DNA from: Eledone cirrhosa
Lineage: Eukaryota
Reading direction: 5' to 3'
Length of the DNA stretch: 64,000 bases
Assembly (NCBI GenBank): GCA_964016885.1
Contig: OZ024758.1
Location: 25,978,001 to 26,042,000 of the forward strand
The translations under genes were made by a program, and so were the position numbers. Each line of letters starts with the position of its first letter. The first letter of the stretch is position 1. Of the stretch, positions 1 through 14,300 are shown piece by piece. Below the pieces are notes generated by a model, which searched no databases, was not told the DNA's origin, and saw nothing but the letters and a program-made list of their open reading frames with translations.

Positions 1-199
1 ATATATACATACGCGTCAGCGTGTTCAAAGAAATTCTAATATAAAGCTTTTCGCTTTTTTTTTAATTTTCCTTTATCTGTCCACTACTGTTGTTTTTTTC
101 ACCCTCGGCCAATGCCGACTGTGTAGACCTATGTAAAAAGCCTTTCCTACCATGGCCATCCTGTTTGTTTTGTTCTATTGTGTATGTGAAAACCTCTTT

Positions 200-820
200 A
201 GTGTTGGTCTCACAATTAAATGCACCCAGTACACTCTGTAAAGTGGTTATGTTGGTCCCACAATTAAATGCACCCAGTACACTCTGTAAAGTGGTTGTGC
301 TGGTGCCACAATTAAATGCACCCAGTACACTCTGTAAAGTGGTTATGTTGGTCCCACAATTAAATGCACCCAATACACCCTGTAAAGTGGTTGTGCTGGT
401 GCCACAATAGAATGCACCCAGTTCACTCTGTAAAGTGGTTATGCTGCTGCCTCAATAGAATGCAATCAGTACACTCTGTAAAGTGGTTGTGCTGGTGCCA
501 CAATTAAATGCACCCAGTACACTCTGTAAAGTGGTTATGTTGGTCCCACAATTAAATGCACCCAATACACCCTGTAAAGTGGTTGTGCTGGTGCCACAAT
601 AGAATGCACCCAGTTCACTCTGTAAAGTGGTTATGCTGCTGCCTCAATAGAATGCAATCAGTACACTCTGTAAAGTGGTTGTGCTGGTGCCACAATTAAA
701 TGCACTCAGTACACCCTGTAAATTTGAAGTGCTGGTGCCACAATAGAATGCACCCAGTTCACTCTGTAAAGTGGTTGTGCTGGTGCCAAGATAAAATGTA
801 CCCAGTGACACTTTGTAAAG
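200..820. repeat. 48-bp minisatellite derived from a SINE internal segment
   Basis: Unit caattaaatgcacccagtacactctgtaaagtggttgtgctggtgcca, ~13 copies; resembles the SINE body at 2895-2955. Confidence 0.9.
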
Positions 821-936
821 TTTCATCTGTGTAAAATGATCCATTGAGAGTTAATGAATTTCTGGTAGAGTGGTAGTCTAGATACTGAGACTAGAACAGA
901 TTGGAATTATTGTATATCGAAATTAAAAGCCACGTC

Positions 937-2437
937 ATCCACATCACCATTGCCACAACCATCAACATCACCATCATCACCACAACCATCACAACCATCA
1001 TCACTACAACCACCACCACCACAACCATTATCACAACCATCACAACCATCATCACCACAACCATCACAACCACCACCACCATCATCACAACCATCACCAC
1101 CACCATCATCACCACAACCATCACAACCATCATCACCACAACCACCACCACCACAACCATCATCACAACCATCACAACCATCATCACCACAACCATCACA
1201 ACCATCATCACAACCATCACCACCACCATCATCACCACAACCATCATCACCACCACCATCATCACAACCATCACCACCACCATCATCACCACAACCATCA
1301 CAACCATCATCACCACAACCACCACCACCACAACCATCATCACAACCATCATCACCACAACCATCACAACCATCATCACAACCATCACCACCACCATCAT
1401 CACCACAACCATCATCACCACAACCATCACAACCACCACCACCATCATCACAACCATCACCACCACCATCATCACCACAACCATCACAACCATCATCACC
1501 ACCACCATCATCACCACAACCATCATCACCACAACCATCATGACCACCACCACCACCACCACAACCATCAACATCACCATCATCACCACAACCATCACAA
1601 CCATCATCACCACAACCACCACCACCACAACCATCATCACAACCATCACCACCACCATCACAACAACCATCATCACCACAACCATCATCACAACCATCAC
1701 CACCACCATCATCACCACAACCATCATCACCACAACCATCACAACCACCACCACCATCATCACAACCATCACCACCACCATCATCACCACAACCATCACA
1801 ACCATCATCACCACAACCACCACCACCACAACCATCATCACAACCATCACCACCATCATCACCACAACCATCATCACCACAACCATCACAACCACCACCA
1901 CCATCATCACAACCATCACCACCACCATCATCACCACAACCATCATCACCACAACCATCATGACCACCACCACCACCACAACCATCAACATCACCATCAT
2001 CACCACAACCATCACAACCATCATCACCACCACCACCACCACCACAACCATCATCACAACCATCACCACCACCATCACAACCATCATCACCACAACCATC
2101 ATCACCACAACCATCACAACCACCACCACCATCATCACAACCATCACCACCACCATCATCACCACAACCATCACAACCATCATCACCACAACCATCATGA
2201 CCACCACCACCACAACCATCAACATCACCATCATCACCACAACCATCACAACCCTCATCACCACAACCACCACCACCACCACCACAACCACCACCACCAC
2301 CACCACCACAACCACCACCACCACAACCATCATCACCACAACCATCACAACCATCATCACAACCATCACCACCACCATCATCACCACAACCATCATGACC
2401 ACCACCACCACAACCATCATCATCATCATCATCATCA
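937..2437. repeat. Compound (CAC/CAT/CAA)n trinucleotide repeat
   Basis: Directly visible; source of the poly-T/I, M/V and D/G/C ORFs. Confidence 0.97.
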
Positions 2438-2720
2438 TATGTCCTTTGTTTTTTTTTCTTGTTGGTTCTCATAACATTTCATCAATTGTATTCCAGGCCA
2501 TTTAGTACAGACAACAAGAGGGAAAACTGGCCAACTTTATTGTTGTGTATCTTACAGTGGAAACTAGAAGGATTTTATAGCCCCAATAACATTAGAGAGC
2601 TTGTCTTAAGTGTGGTGAGGGTACTAAGATGCTCCTCTACTTAGTACCAGTTTATATTTACAGTTACTGTCATTCTAGATGAGTAACCTCTGATGTGACT
2701 TACATATTTGCACAGACATA

Positions 2721-3066
2721 TGGAGGCACATGGCTTAGTGGTTAGAGCATTGGCCTTGCAATCGAAAGGTTGTGAGTTCAATTCTCAGACCGGGTGATGT
2801 GTTGTTTCTTTGAGCAAGACACTTTATTTCACATTGCTCCAGTTTACTCAGCTGTAGAAATGAGATGATAGGGACTGGGGTCCCTATCATTCCACTGCAA
2901 AGTGGTCGTGGAGGTGCCACGGCAAAAAAAGCACCCAGCACTCACTGTAAATGAGGTTGGTGTTAGGAAGGGCATCCAGCTGTAGAAATCAAGCCAGAAT
3001 CAGTTCCCGTCCCACCCTTGCAAGCAGGGAAAAGTGGACGTAAAATGAAATGAAATGATGAAATGA
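2721..3066 (+). mobile_element. tRNA-headed SINE family A (CORE-like centre, RTE-derived tail, (ATG)n end); other copies 12843-13228(-), 25841-26185(-), 36087-36409(-), 45830-46272(-), 47318-47657(+)
   Basis: A box tggcttagtgg, B box gagttcaattc, cttgagcaagacacttt core, near-identical dispersed copies. Confidence 0.9.
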
Positions 3067-3081
3067 ATATAGATATGTGTA

Positions 3082-3418
3082 AGGCTGCGTTTGGCAGAGT
3101 CGTTAGAACATCAGATAGAATACCTTGTGGTATTTATTCCAGCTCTCTGATCTCGGAGTTCAAATCCCGCCAAGGTCAACTTTGCCTTTCATCCTTTCGA
3201 GGTAGATAAAAAAAAGTACCAGTCTAGTACTGGGGTCGATTCTTCCTCTATATCTCTTTCTCATTTCCTCTCTCTCACTTTCTATCTTTCTCTGGAAGAA
3301 ATCTGCTGAACTCAGGCCTGGAGAGGGATGGGCTCCGCCAGGCTTTAAAATGCCCAAGAAACGTCATATGTCAACACAGCACCCCTACGACTCTATCAGG
3401 AGTTACGGGACCATACAT
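3082..3418 (+). mobile_element. tRNA-headed SINE family C (Meta/MESC-like domain plus LINE-type tail ending in CATAC); related copies ~4000-4335, 5340-5690(-), 38497-38826, 51185-51373
   Basis: ggagttcaaatccc B box, gcctttcatcctttcgaggt domain, shared tail atcaggagttacgggaccatac. Confidence 0.8.
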
Positions 3419-3570
3419 ACATGTGTGTGTGTGTGTGTGTGTGTCAATAAAATCTCCACAAAGGTTTTTTTTATGACATTTTCAAGGACCAATACTTAGC
3501 TTCAATTTCACCACATAAAGCAGAGAGGAAATACATTTCTCCTTGATATGACTAACTTCTAGCATTTTAA

Positions 3571-3765
3571 CCCTTTAATGTTCAAACCGTCCAGAATTCT
3601 CTACCTCTTTCTGTTGAAACTGGCTGTAACTGGTCACTCAAACTGATGTTAAGGTATTGATCTCAAAATAAATACTTTCAAAATCTCATAGATTCAATAT
3701 TATGTGAGGTAAAGCCTTTACCATGAAAATATAATAGTATAATATAAAATGTGAATGCTAAAGGG
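3571..3765. mobile_element. piggyBac-type MITE (TTAA|CCCTTTA...TAAAGGG|TTAA); copies at 17508-17872, ~22374-22593, ~25317-25519, 29853-30060, ~34245-34982, 37775-37972, ~42236-42438
   Basis: TTAA flanks, CCC/GGG termini, many dispersed copies. Confidence 0.85.
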
Positions 3766-4499
3766 TTAAATGACATTCAACAACTAAAATTAGGTGTACT
3801 TTTCAAATAGACAATGGAATGCCTGTAGTAAATATGAGTATTTGAAATGGATGATAAAAATGAATTTTACATTTTACCTTTTTATTACATTCTCATCTAA
3901 TCTCCACCTACAATTCCTTTCAAATATACCATTAAATGTGTCGGTTGTTGATTTTAAGCTTTTTTTCCATTTTAGACTATTCTTACAAATTTTTGATAGG
4001 TGGTGAACTGACTGAGTTGTTAGAATGTCAGATAGAAGGATTTATAGTATTTGTTCTGACTCTCTACTCTCTGAGTTCAAATTCCCTCAAGATCAACTTT
4101 GCCTTTCACCCTTTCAAGATTAATTAAAAAAGTACCAGTCTAGTACTGGGGTCGATTCTTCCTCTATATCTCTTTCTCACTTGCATTCTCCCATTCTTTC
4201 TATCCTTCTCTGGAAGAAATCTACTGTGTTCAGGCCTGGAGAGGGAAGGGCTATGCCAGGCTTTAGAAATGCCCAAGAAACGTTATATGCCACTATGGTG
4301 CCTTAACAACTCCATCAAGAGTTGCAGGTCCATACGAAACATGCATATTTTTTATTGGTGTTAGGAAAAGTCTTCAGCCAAGTAAATGGATAGTATGAGC
4401 AAGACGAGGTCACCTGACCTGTCTATCCTCTTAACATGACAATCCATCTAACCCATGCAAACATAGAAAATAGACATTAAATGGTGATGGTGAAGAGGA

Positions 4500-5190
4500 T
4501 GGTGGGTGGTGGTGGTGGTGGTGGTGGTATTAGTGGTATTAGTGGTGGTGGTGGTATTAGTGGTAGTGGTGGTATTGGTGGTGGTGGTGGTGGTGGTATT
4601 AGTGGTATTAGTGGTGGTGGTGGTGGTATTAGTGGTGGTGGTGGTGGTGGTATTAGTGGTATTAGTGGTGGTGGTGGTATTAGTGGTAGTGGTGGTATTG
4701 GTGGTGGTGGTGGTGGTGGTATTAGTGGTATTAGTGGTGGTGGTGGTGGTATTAGTGGTGGTGGTGGTGGTGGTATTAGTGGTAGTGGTGGTGGTGGTGG
4801 TATTAGTGGTGGTGGTAGTGGTATTAGTGGTAGTGGTGGTATTGGTGGTGGTGGTGGTATTAGTGGTAGTGGTGGTGGTGGTGGTGGTATTAGTGGTGGT
4901 GGTGGTGGTATTAGTGGTAGTGGTGGTGGTGGTGGTGGTGGTATTAGTGGTGGTGGTAGTGGTATTAGTGGTGGTGGTGGTGGTATTAGTGGTAGTGGTG
5001 GTATTAGTGGTATTAGTGGTGGTGGTGGTATTGGTGGTGGTGGTGGTATTGGTGGTGGTGGTGGTGGTGGTATTAGTGGTAGTGGTGGTGGTGGTGGTGG
5101 TGGTATTAGTGGTGGTGGTAGTGGTATTAGTGGTGGTGGTAGTGGTATTAGTGGTGGTGGTGGTGGTATTAGTGGTGGTGGTGGTAGTGG
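4500..5190. repeat. (GGT)n microsatellite with ATT/AGT interruptions
   Basis: Directly visible; grows from a SINE tail at 4450-4500. Confidence 0.97.
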
Positions 5191-5724
5191 TCCTACTTTC
5201 CAAAACAATAAATAAGATATTGACCCATAGTCATAGTTTCAAATATGACTAAAAAGAAAATAATTTATTTATTTCACTGTGTCTAGTCATCATTTATGAG
5301 TAATTTCTCCTAAATACAATCATGTGTAGCCCACTAACCAGCCAGTACATCTTACATGTATGCATGTAACTCCCGGGGGAGTCATAGGGACACCATATTG
5401 ACATACAGCATTTCTAGAGCATTTTTTTAAACTTGGTGGAGCCCATCTCTTCTCCAGGTCTGAATGCAGCAGATTTCTTCTAGAGAAGGACAGAGAGAGT
5501 GAGAGAGAGAGAGGAAGTGGGAAATATGTATAGAGGAAGAATCTACCCCAGTACTTGACTGGTTTTTTTTTTATTATCAACCTCGAAAGGATGACAGGGA
5601 AAGTTGACCTCGGTGGGATTTAAACTCAGAGGACAGAGAGTGGAAATAAACACCACAAAGTTCTAATGACTGTCAATTTACTGCCTTACCCAGTATATAT
5701 GAACTGAAAAAAACCAAATTATAT

Positions 5725-6065
5725 ATAAGAGAGTATTGAAGTTTGCTTGAAGCATTGTGGAATAATAAGGTAAATTTCTTTAAGTCGTTTGGAAGCCTCG
5801 ACAATGCAGATGGGTAAATCTCCGGGTAACAAGATCCGGTGGTGGAGAGAGAGATGTAAGTGGGTGTACGTTGAGATGCGTGGCGTGTATAAGACTGTAG
5901 CGTGTAGAGGAATGAAGGAAAGAACGTAAAGGATAAAAATAAAAATAACAACACGAGAAAGAGTTACCTTGGGAGAGATTTAATTGTCCCCTATATATTT
6001 CGGATTCACATCCATTGTTGTCTGTCGGAAAGGTGCGAAACGAGTCCTTCGTTGTTTTGAATATA
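5725..6065. mobile_element. Dispersed repeat, probably a Penelope-like terminal fragment; second copy 60448-60835
   Basis: High similarity between the two copies; (TA)-rich flanks; hammerhead half-motifs. Confidence 0.55.
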
Positions 6066-6227
6066 TAAATGGAATTTGAATTGATCTACTATTGTACATC
6101 ATCATCATCATCGTTTAACGTCTATCTTCCATGCTAGCATGGGTTTAGACAATAAAATGGGTTGTACAATAAAATGCATATCAAACAGGTATTAATTTTG
6201 AAAATATTTGATATTTTCCTGTTCCAG

Positions 6228-6328
6228 GGAGACTCATCTTTAAAATGCTGCAAGTTCTTCCGATATTGTGAGGCAACCAATATCTACATAGACTTCAGAA
6301 ATATTGATCTCAACTCTGGGAATGACAG
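6228..6328 (+). CDS. EOGT: EOGT exon ([34 protein letters not shown])
   Basis: ttccag|GGA...GACAG|gtaaac; 101 nt; matches the DSSLxCS..YCRATNLYLDLR motif. Confidence 0.9.
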
Positions 6329-9300
6329 GTAAACAGCTATTTATTTTACAGGGAAGGTAAAATTTGACTCTAGATCAATGTTAATCAACCTTTTCTTCTT
6401 TGTGGCTCAATTTTTTTAATGTCAATATATCCCTGGCCCTCATAAGCACAAATAAAAATTCCATGGAACAGGAAATACCATTTACAAAAGCAAAATGTAG
6501 AAAAAAATATAATGAGTACGCTGCTTCTGGTGTCTATCTATTTTTTATGCCTTCTTCTTCACCCACTTGACCCTGAGAGGGTTGTGGGGGCAGTCCACAA
6601 ACACTCTTTCCAGCAGGTCCTGTCAAAAACAACTGTCTCCAACTGATCCAGCTGGATCCCCAAGTTTGACCAGCCAAGCTCAGTGTCTTCTCTGGTTAGT
6701 TTTGCCCGTAAAATCTTTCCTGAGACATTCTAACCACATACCCATAGTATCAGAGCTGTGATCTCTCTATTCGGAGAATTAGTGGCTCTACCTGGAGTGA
6801 CTCAAGCAAATCTTTCCTGAGACATTCTAACCACATACCTGGAGTGACTCAAGCAAATCTTTCCTGAGACATTCTAACCACATACCCATAGTATCATAGC
6901 TGTGATCTCTCTATTCGGAGAAGTAGTGGTTCTACCTGGAATGACTCAAGCAAATCTTTCCTGAGACATTCTAACCACATACCCATAGTATCAGAGTTGT
7001 GATCTCTCTATTCGGAGAAGTAGTGGCTCTACCTGGAATGACTCAAGCAAATCTTTCCTGAGACATTCTAACCACATACCCATAGTATCAGAGTTGTGAT
7101 CTCTCTATTCGGAGAAGTAGTGGTTCTACCTGGAATGACTCAAGCAAATCTTTCCTGAGACATTCTAACCACATACCCATAGTATCAGAGCTGTGATCTC
7201 TCTATTCGGAGAAGTAGTGGTTTACCTGGAGTGACTCAAGCAATTCTTTCCTGAGACATTCTAACCACATACCCATAGTATCAGAGCTGTGATCTCTCTA
7301 TTCGGAGAAGTAGTGGTTCTACCTGGAATGACTCAAGCAAATCTTTCCTGAGACATTCTAACCACATACCCATAGTATCAGAGCTGTGATCTCTCTATTC
7401 GGAGAAGTAGTGGCTCTACCTGGAATGACTCAAGCAAATCTTTCCTGAGACATTCTAACCACATACCCATAGTATCAGAGCTGTGATCTCTCTATTCGGA
7501 GAAGTAGTGGTTCTACCTGGAATGACTCAAGCAAATCTTTCCTGAGACATTCTAACCACATACCCATAGTATCAGAGTTGTGATCTCTCTATTCGGAGAA
7601 GTAGTGGTTCTACCTGGAATGACTCAAGCAAATCTTTCCTGAGACATTCTAACCACATACCCATAGTATCAGAGCTGTGATCTCTCTATTCGGAGAAGTA
7701 GTGGTTCTACCTGGAGTGACTCAAGCAATTCTTTCCTGAGACATTCTAACCACATACCCATAGTATCAGAGCTGTGATCTCTCTATTCGGAGAAGTAGTG
7801 GTTCTACCTGGAATGACTCAAGCAAATCTTTCCTGAGACATTCTAACCACATACCCATAGTATCAGAGCTGTGATCTCTCTATTCGGAGAAGTAGTGGTT
7901 CTACCTGGAATGACTCAAGCAAATCTTTCCTGAGACATTCTAACCACATACCCATAGTATCAGAGCTGTGATCTCTCTATTCGGAGAAGTAGTGGTTCTA
8001 CCTGGAATGACTCAAGCAAATCTTTCCTGAGACATTCTAACCACATGTCTATAGTATCAGAGCTGTGATTTCTCTATTCGGAGAAGTAGTGGTTCTACCT
8101 GGAATGACTCAAGCAAATCTTTCCTGAGACATTCTAACCACATACCCATAGTATCAGAGCTGTGATCTCTCTATTCGGAGAAGTAGTGGTTCTACCTGGA
8201 GTGACTCAAGCAATTCTTTCCTGAGACATTCTAACCACATACCCATAGTATCATAGCTGTGATCTCTCTATTCGGAGAAGTAGTGGTTCTACCTGGAATG
8301 ACTCAAGCAAATCTTTCCTGAGACATTCTAACCACATACCCATAGTATCAGAGCTGTGATCTCTCTATTCGGAGAAGTAGTGGTTCTACCTGGAATGACT
8401 CAAGCAATTCTTTCTTGAGACATTCTAACCACATACCCATAGTATCAGAGCTGTAATCTCTCTATTCGGAGAAGTAGTGGCTCTACCTGGAGTGACTCTC
8501 TGATCTCCGAGCTACGCACTTTATCAAGTAACGTTACTCCAAAGACCCACTGGAGAAACTCCATTTCGGTCGTTTGTATTCGTAATTATATTCTTTCGGT
8601 CAATACCCAAGATTCATGACCTTACGTAAGGGTCAATGGAAAAAAAAAAATAGAATTTTAAAGCCCACGAGATTTGAACTCAGAATGTAAAGGGCCTTAA
8701 CCCTTTAATGTTCAAACCGACTAAAACCGGCCAGAATTCTCTACCTTTTTCTGTCCAAACTGGCTGTAACTGGCCACTCATACTGATGTTAAGGTATTGT
8801 TCTTAAAATAAATACTTTCAAAATCTCATAGATTCGATATTATGTGAGATAATTATGCGAGGTAAAACCTTTACCATGAAAATATAATAGTATATATAGA
8901 GTAATGGCAATGTTATGCGAGATATTATGTGAGGTAAAGCCTTTACCATGAAAATATAATAGTATATATATATAGAGTAATGTGAATGTTATGTGAGGTA
9001 AAGCCTTTACCATGAAAATATAATAGTATATATATATATATATAGAGTAATGTGAATGTTATGTGAGGTAAAGCCTTTACCATGAAAATATAATAGTATA
9101 TATATATATATAGAGTAATGTGAATGTTATGTGAGGTAAAGCCTTTACCATGAAAATATAATAGTATATATATATATATATAGAGTAATGTGAATGTTAT
9201 GTGAGGTAAAGCCTTTACCATGAAAATATAATAGTATATATATATATATAGAGTAATGTGAATGTTATGTGAGGTAAAGCCTTTACCATGAAAATACAAT

Positions 9301-11366
9301 AGTATATATTGAGTAATGTGAATGTTATGTGAGATAATTATGAGAGGTAAAGCCTTTACCATGAAAATATAATAGTATATATTGAGTAATGTGAATGTTA
9401 TGTGAGATAATTATGAGAGATAAAGCCTTTACCATGAAAATATAATAGTATATATTGAGTAATGTGAATGTTATGTGAGATATTATGTGAGGTAAAGCCT
9501 TTACCATGAAAATACAATAGTATATATTGAGTAATGTGAATGTTATGTGAGATATTATGTGAGGTAAAGCCTTTACCATGAAAATACAATAGTATATATA
9601 GAGTAATGTGAATGTTATGTGAGATATTATGTGAGGTAAAGCCTTTACCATGAAAATACAATAGTATATATTGAGTAATGTGAATGTTATGTGAGATAAT
9701 TATGAGAGGTAAAGCCTTTACCATGAAAATATAATAGTATATATTGAGTAATGTGAATGTTATGTGAGATAATTATGAGAGATAAAGCCTTTACCATGAA
9801 AATATAATAGTATATATTGAGTAATGTGAATGTTATGTGAGATATTATGTGAGGTAAAGCCTTTACCATGAAAATACAATAGTATATATTGAGTAATGTG
9901 AATGTTATGTGAGATAATTATGAGAGATAAAGCCTTTACCATGAAAATATAATAGTATATATTGAGTAATGTGAATGTTATGTGAGATATTATGTAAGGT
10001 AAAGCCTTTACCATGAAAATATAATAGTATATATTGAGTAATGTGAATGTTATGTGAGATAATTATGAGAGATAAAGCCTTTACCATGAAAATATAATAG
10101 TATATATTGAGTAATGTGAATGTTATGTGAGATATTATGTGAGGTAAAGCCTTTACCATGAAAATACAATAGTATATATAGAGTAATGTGAATGTTATGT
10201 GAGATATTATGTGAGGTAAAGCCTTTACCATGAAAATACAATAGTATATATAGAGTAATGTGAATGTTATGTGAGATAATTATGAGAGATAAAGCCTTTA
10301 CCATGAAAATATAATAGTATATATTGAGTAATGTGAATGTTATGTGAGATATTATGTGAGGTAAAGCCTTTACCATGAAAATACAATAGTATATATAGAG
10401 TAATGTGAATGTTATGTGAGATAATTATGAGAGATAAAGCCTTTACCATGAAAATATAATAGTATATATTGAGTAATGTGAATGTTATGTGAGATATTAT
10501 GTGAGGTAAAGCCTTTACCATGAAAATACAATAGTATATATAGAGTAATGTGAATGTTAAAGGATTAACTAAATACCACAAAGCATTTGTCCAACACTAA
10601 CAGTTCTGCCAATGCCCTGCTATTTGTATATCTATATATAATATAAAAGAAAGATATTTATTGGTTGAATCACACAAAAACTACACACACACACACACAC
10701 AAATACATACACATACATCTAAAGAGAGAGAGACACAGAGGGAGATGCAGAAAGAGAGAGAGAGGCCATTATACAGAGAGAGATACAATTAAAGTGTTAG
10801 ATATTCAGAGAGAGAGAATGATGTCCCACATCGGCTTAAACACTTCAACTGATATACTTTATTGTTTAACAATATTGTGTTAGCTTTTATAAAATCGTTT
10901 TACAGTCTTTGATTTTACAAAACAATTTAAAAACTGATACTATTTGAAATGAATCTACCCTCCAGCTTTTATCCATATACTACTTACAAACCTACTAACG
11001 AAGCTAAACACTTCAGAAGCAATGTTATGTGGTATATTGCTGTGTTTCAGATGACGTCCTTTGGAGCTGAAAAAGATCATACTGACTATGGTTATTTCAC
11101 ATTTGGATTGGCAGTATCGGTAGAGGGTCGGACGCCATGCTTTCCAGCATAGTTACGTCCCTTTATGATCTGAGTTCAAATCCCGCCGAGGTTGACTTTG
11201 CCTTTCATCCTTACAGGGTCGATAAAATAAAGTACCAGTAATGCACTGGGTAATTGCTGGCCTTGTGCCTAAAGTAGAAACAATTATTTCACATTTACAA
11301 GGCCAATGCTACCATTTAATCGGCAGTTTACTCCCCCAGCCTAATAAGGAAGTTTTATGATTGTTT

Positions 11367-11398
<32 letters not shown>

Positions 11399-14300
11399 CA
11401 CGGTCTCACCTCATACCAGACAGCACACCCAATACAGTCGTTTTCTCTTTTATCCATCTTCTCTTAACTATTCTCCTGAGTGAAGCCGGGTACCTCAGCT
11501 AGTCTATATATAAATTTGAGCAACTTCCGTGCATCACACAATGTGTGTATGTGTGTGTTTCTATGAATGTATCATCATCATCTTCATTTAACTATCAATT
11601 GGCTTCGCTCTAGAGCGCCTTTAGTACTTTCGTAAGCATTCAGACTAGGTCTCTGATTTGAGGATACTTTCTGTTCTGCCTCCCACTAATCCTAGAAACC
11701 TCGAAAAGCTTCATGGGCACCACCCATTCCTTCCTGACTAAACATCAACATCATCATCATCATTTAACGTCCATCTTCCACTCTACCATGGGTTAGACAG
11801 GAGTTGTCCCACTTGAAGCAAGGTTGGTCGGGTGACTGTGTCTCGCTCATATAGGACTATCTGGCAGGTTTTCTACGGCTGGATGCCCTTCCTAACACCA
11901 ACCACATTTACAGTGTGGAACTGGGAACTTTTTACCATGTTACCTACACGGCCACATTACAGTGTGGACTGTGTGTTTTTACCGTGTTACCTACACGGCC
12001 ACATTACAGCGTGGACTGTGTGTTTTTTGTTGTGACGCCTACACGATCTCGGTCTCATTTCATTGAATATATATGTAAAAGGAAGGAAGGGGATGGTGAA
12101 AAAACTATAGCAAAACAGCGACTGGCGTTCCATTTGCTATGCTGTGTGTGAGTATGTGTATATATGTGTTTGTGTGAATGTATGTCTGTGTGTGTGTGTG
12201 TATTTTTGTAAGTGTGTCTGTGTTTGCACATTTATATTTATATACTCATACATATGTATATTTATGCATATACACAGACGCACACAAAATCACAAATTTT
12301 TTTAATTCTTATTTCATGTGGTGATATGCTGATGCGTGTTGAAAAAGAATTCTAGTAACATAAATATCTAAACTTTGTGGTCTCGTAGCATTACCAATGT
12401 CAGTCTAGAAATTTGGTGTGTAATTTATAATCCCAGAAAAAAACTAATTGTTTTTTTTTTTACTCATGCAAGATGACTCAAAGCTCACATATATGTATGC
12501 TCTTTAATTTTGATAGTCTACAACATAATTACTACAGCAATATGATGCTATCGTTACTTCTCCTCATCGTGACATTTACATACATAAATCACAACAAACT
12601 TAAAATATACTACACTTGCATTCAGGAAATGGTTAATGAATTTCCATAGAAACCACCCGACCTGGGCCCAGCCTAAATCTTTGAACTCTCTTCTCATAAC
12701 ATACAAACTCAATACATGCATTTTGTGATTGTAATTGTCACTTACATTTACATTACTCTACATCAGTAGTTCTCAACTTTTTTTTGCCAATGGCACACCT
12801 TGGAACACATGAAAAAATAGTGGCACACCTAGCTAAATATATCATCATCATCATTTTACGTCCGCTTTTCCCTGCTTGCAAGGGTGAGACGGGAACTGAT
12901 TCTGGCTTGATTTCTACAGCTGGATGCCCTTCCTAACACCAACCTCATTTACAGTGAGTGCTGGGTGCTTTTTTTCCGTGGCGCCTCCACGACCACTTTA
13001 CAGTGTGGGCTGGGAGCTTTTGTTTTGCCGTGGCACCCCCACAACCACTTTGCAGTGGAATGAGAGGGACCCCAGTCCCTATCATCTCATTTCTACAGCT
13101 GAGTAAACTGGAGCAATGTGAAATAAAGTGTCTTGCTCAAGGAAAAAACACATCACCCGATCTGAGAATTGAACTCACAACCTTTTGATTGCAAGGCCAA
13201 TGCTCTAACCACTAAACCATGTGTCCCATATTTGAATGTTACAAAACAAAAAAAAAAATGGCAAGTCATAGACGGCATACAACCGTAGACACAGACTAAT
13301 CATAGACACATAGAATGACTCAAACTAAATAAAGAAAAACACAGCTATGAACTTACTTTTGCATTTTCTTAGTGTGCCGTTCAAAATTTTGCAGCACACT
13401 GGTTAAGAATCACTGCTCTACATATACTATTGTATTTTCTCAGTGAAATCTTTATCTCACATAATATCAAATCTATGAGATTTTGATGTTATTTTGAGAA
13501 CAATACCTTAACATCAGTCAATTTTGAGAACAATACCTTAACATCAGCCGGTTTAAATGCTAAAGGGTTAACTGTTGTTTTTCATGTAAATAGCATCTCT
13601 GAGTTATTTATTCTCTAAACAATTCTGTCTCTTCTCTACTAACCATTATACACTATTTCACATCTTAATAATTCTTTTATTGCTACTTTGTCAAGTACAG
13701 TAAAGTTTATTTTGCCAACTAGCAGGATTTTTAGAGTGTTGGACGAGGTATCTTGCAGTATTTGTTCTGGCTCTTAGCATTTGAGTTCAAATCTTGTTGT
13801 GACCTACTTGGATGGTAGAATTAATCCATTGTTGGGTTTAACTATAAATTGGCTTCGCTCTAGAGCGCCTTTAGTACTTTCGTAAGCATTCAGACCAGGT
13901 CTCTGATTTGAGGATACTTTCTGTTCTCCCTCCCACTAATCCTAGAAACCTCGAAAAGCTTCATGGGCACCACCCATTCCTTCCTGACTAAACATCAACA
14001 TCTTCATCATCATTTAACGTCCATCTTCCACGCTAGCATGGGTTGGACGGTTTTGTTCCACTTGAAGCGAGATTGGTTGGGAGACCGTGTCTCACTTGTA
14101 CAGAACTGTCCCTGGCAGGTTTTCTACAGCTGGATGCCCTTCCTAACACCAACCACATTTACAGTGTGGACTGGGAGCCTTTTTACGGAGTCTCCTACAC
14201 AACCACTTTACAATGAAAGAAAAAAAATTGCTTTCCCTGGTAAATGACGTTACATATAGATGACTTGATATTATTTAACAACTTTAGTTAGTCTTTTATT

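Noticed and set aside
891-2505. Long ORFs (515-534 aa; poly-T/I, M/V, G/D/C)
   Set aside because: Stop-free frames of a trinucleotide repeat, open on both strands
2497-2644. Possible upstream EOGT exon after ttccag
   Set aside because: No frame resembles the expected EOGT N-terminal motifs (CWGYE, QADFGY)
2721-2790. tRNA gene
   Set aside because: tRNA-like SINE head; no proper acceptor stem and it continues into the SINE body
4448-5252. Gly-rich, Pro-rich and Thr-rich ORFs
   Set aside because: (GGT)n microsatellite artefacts
11051-11090. Possible cassette exon (ttcag|ATGACG...TATG|gttatt)
   Set aside because: Weak donor, inside a Helitron-like repeat, and not needed for the EOGT frame
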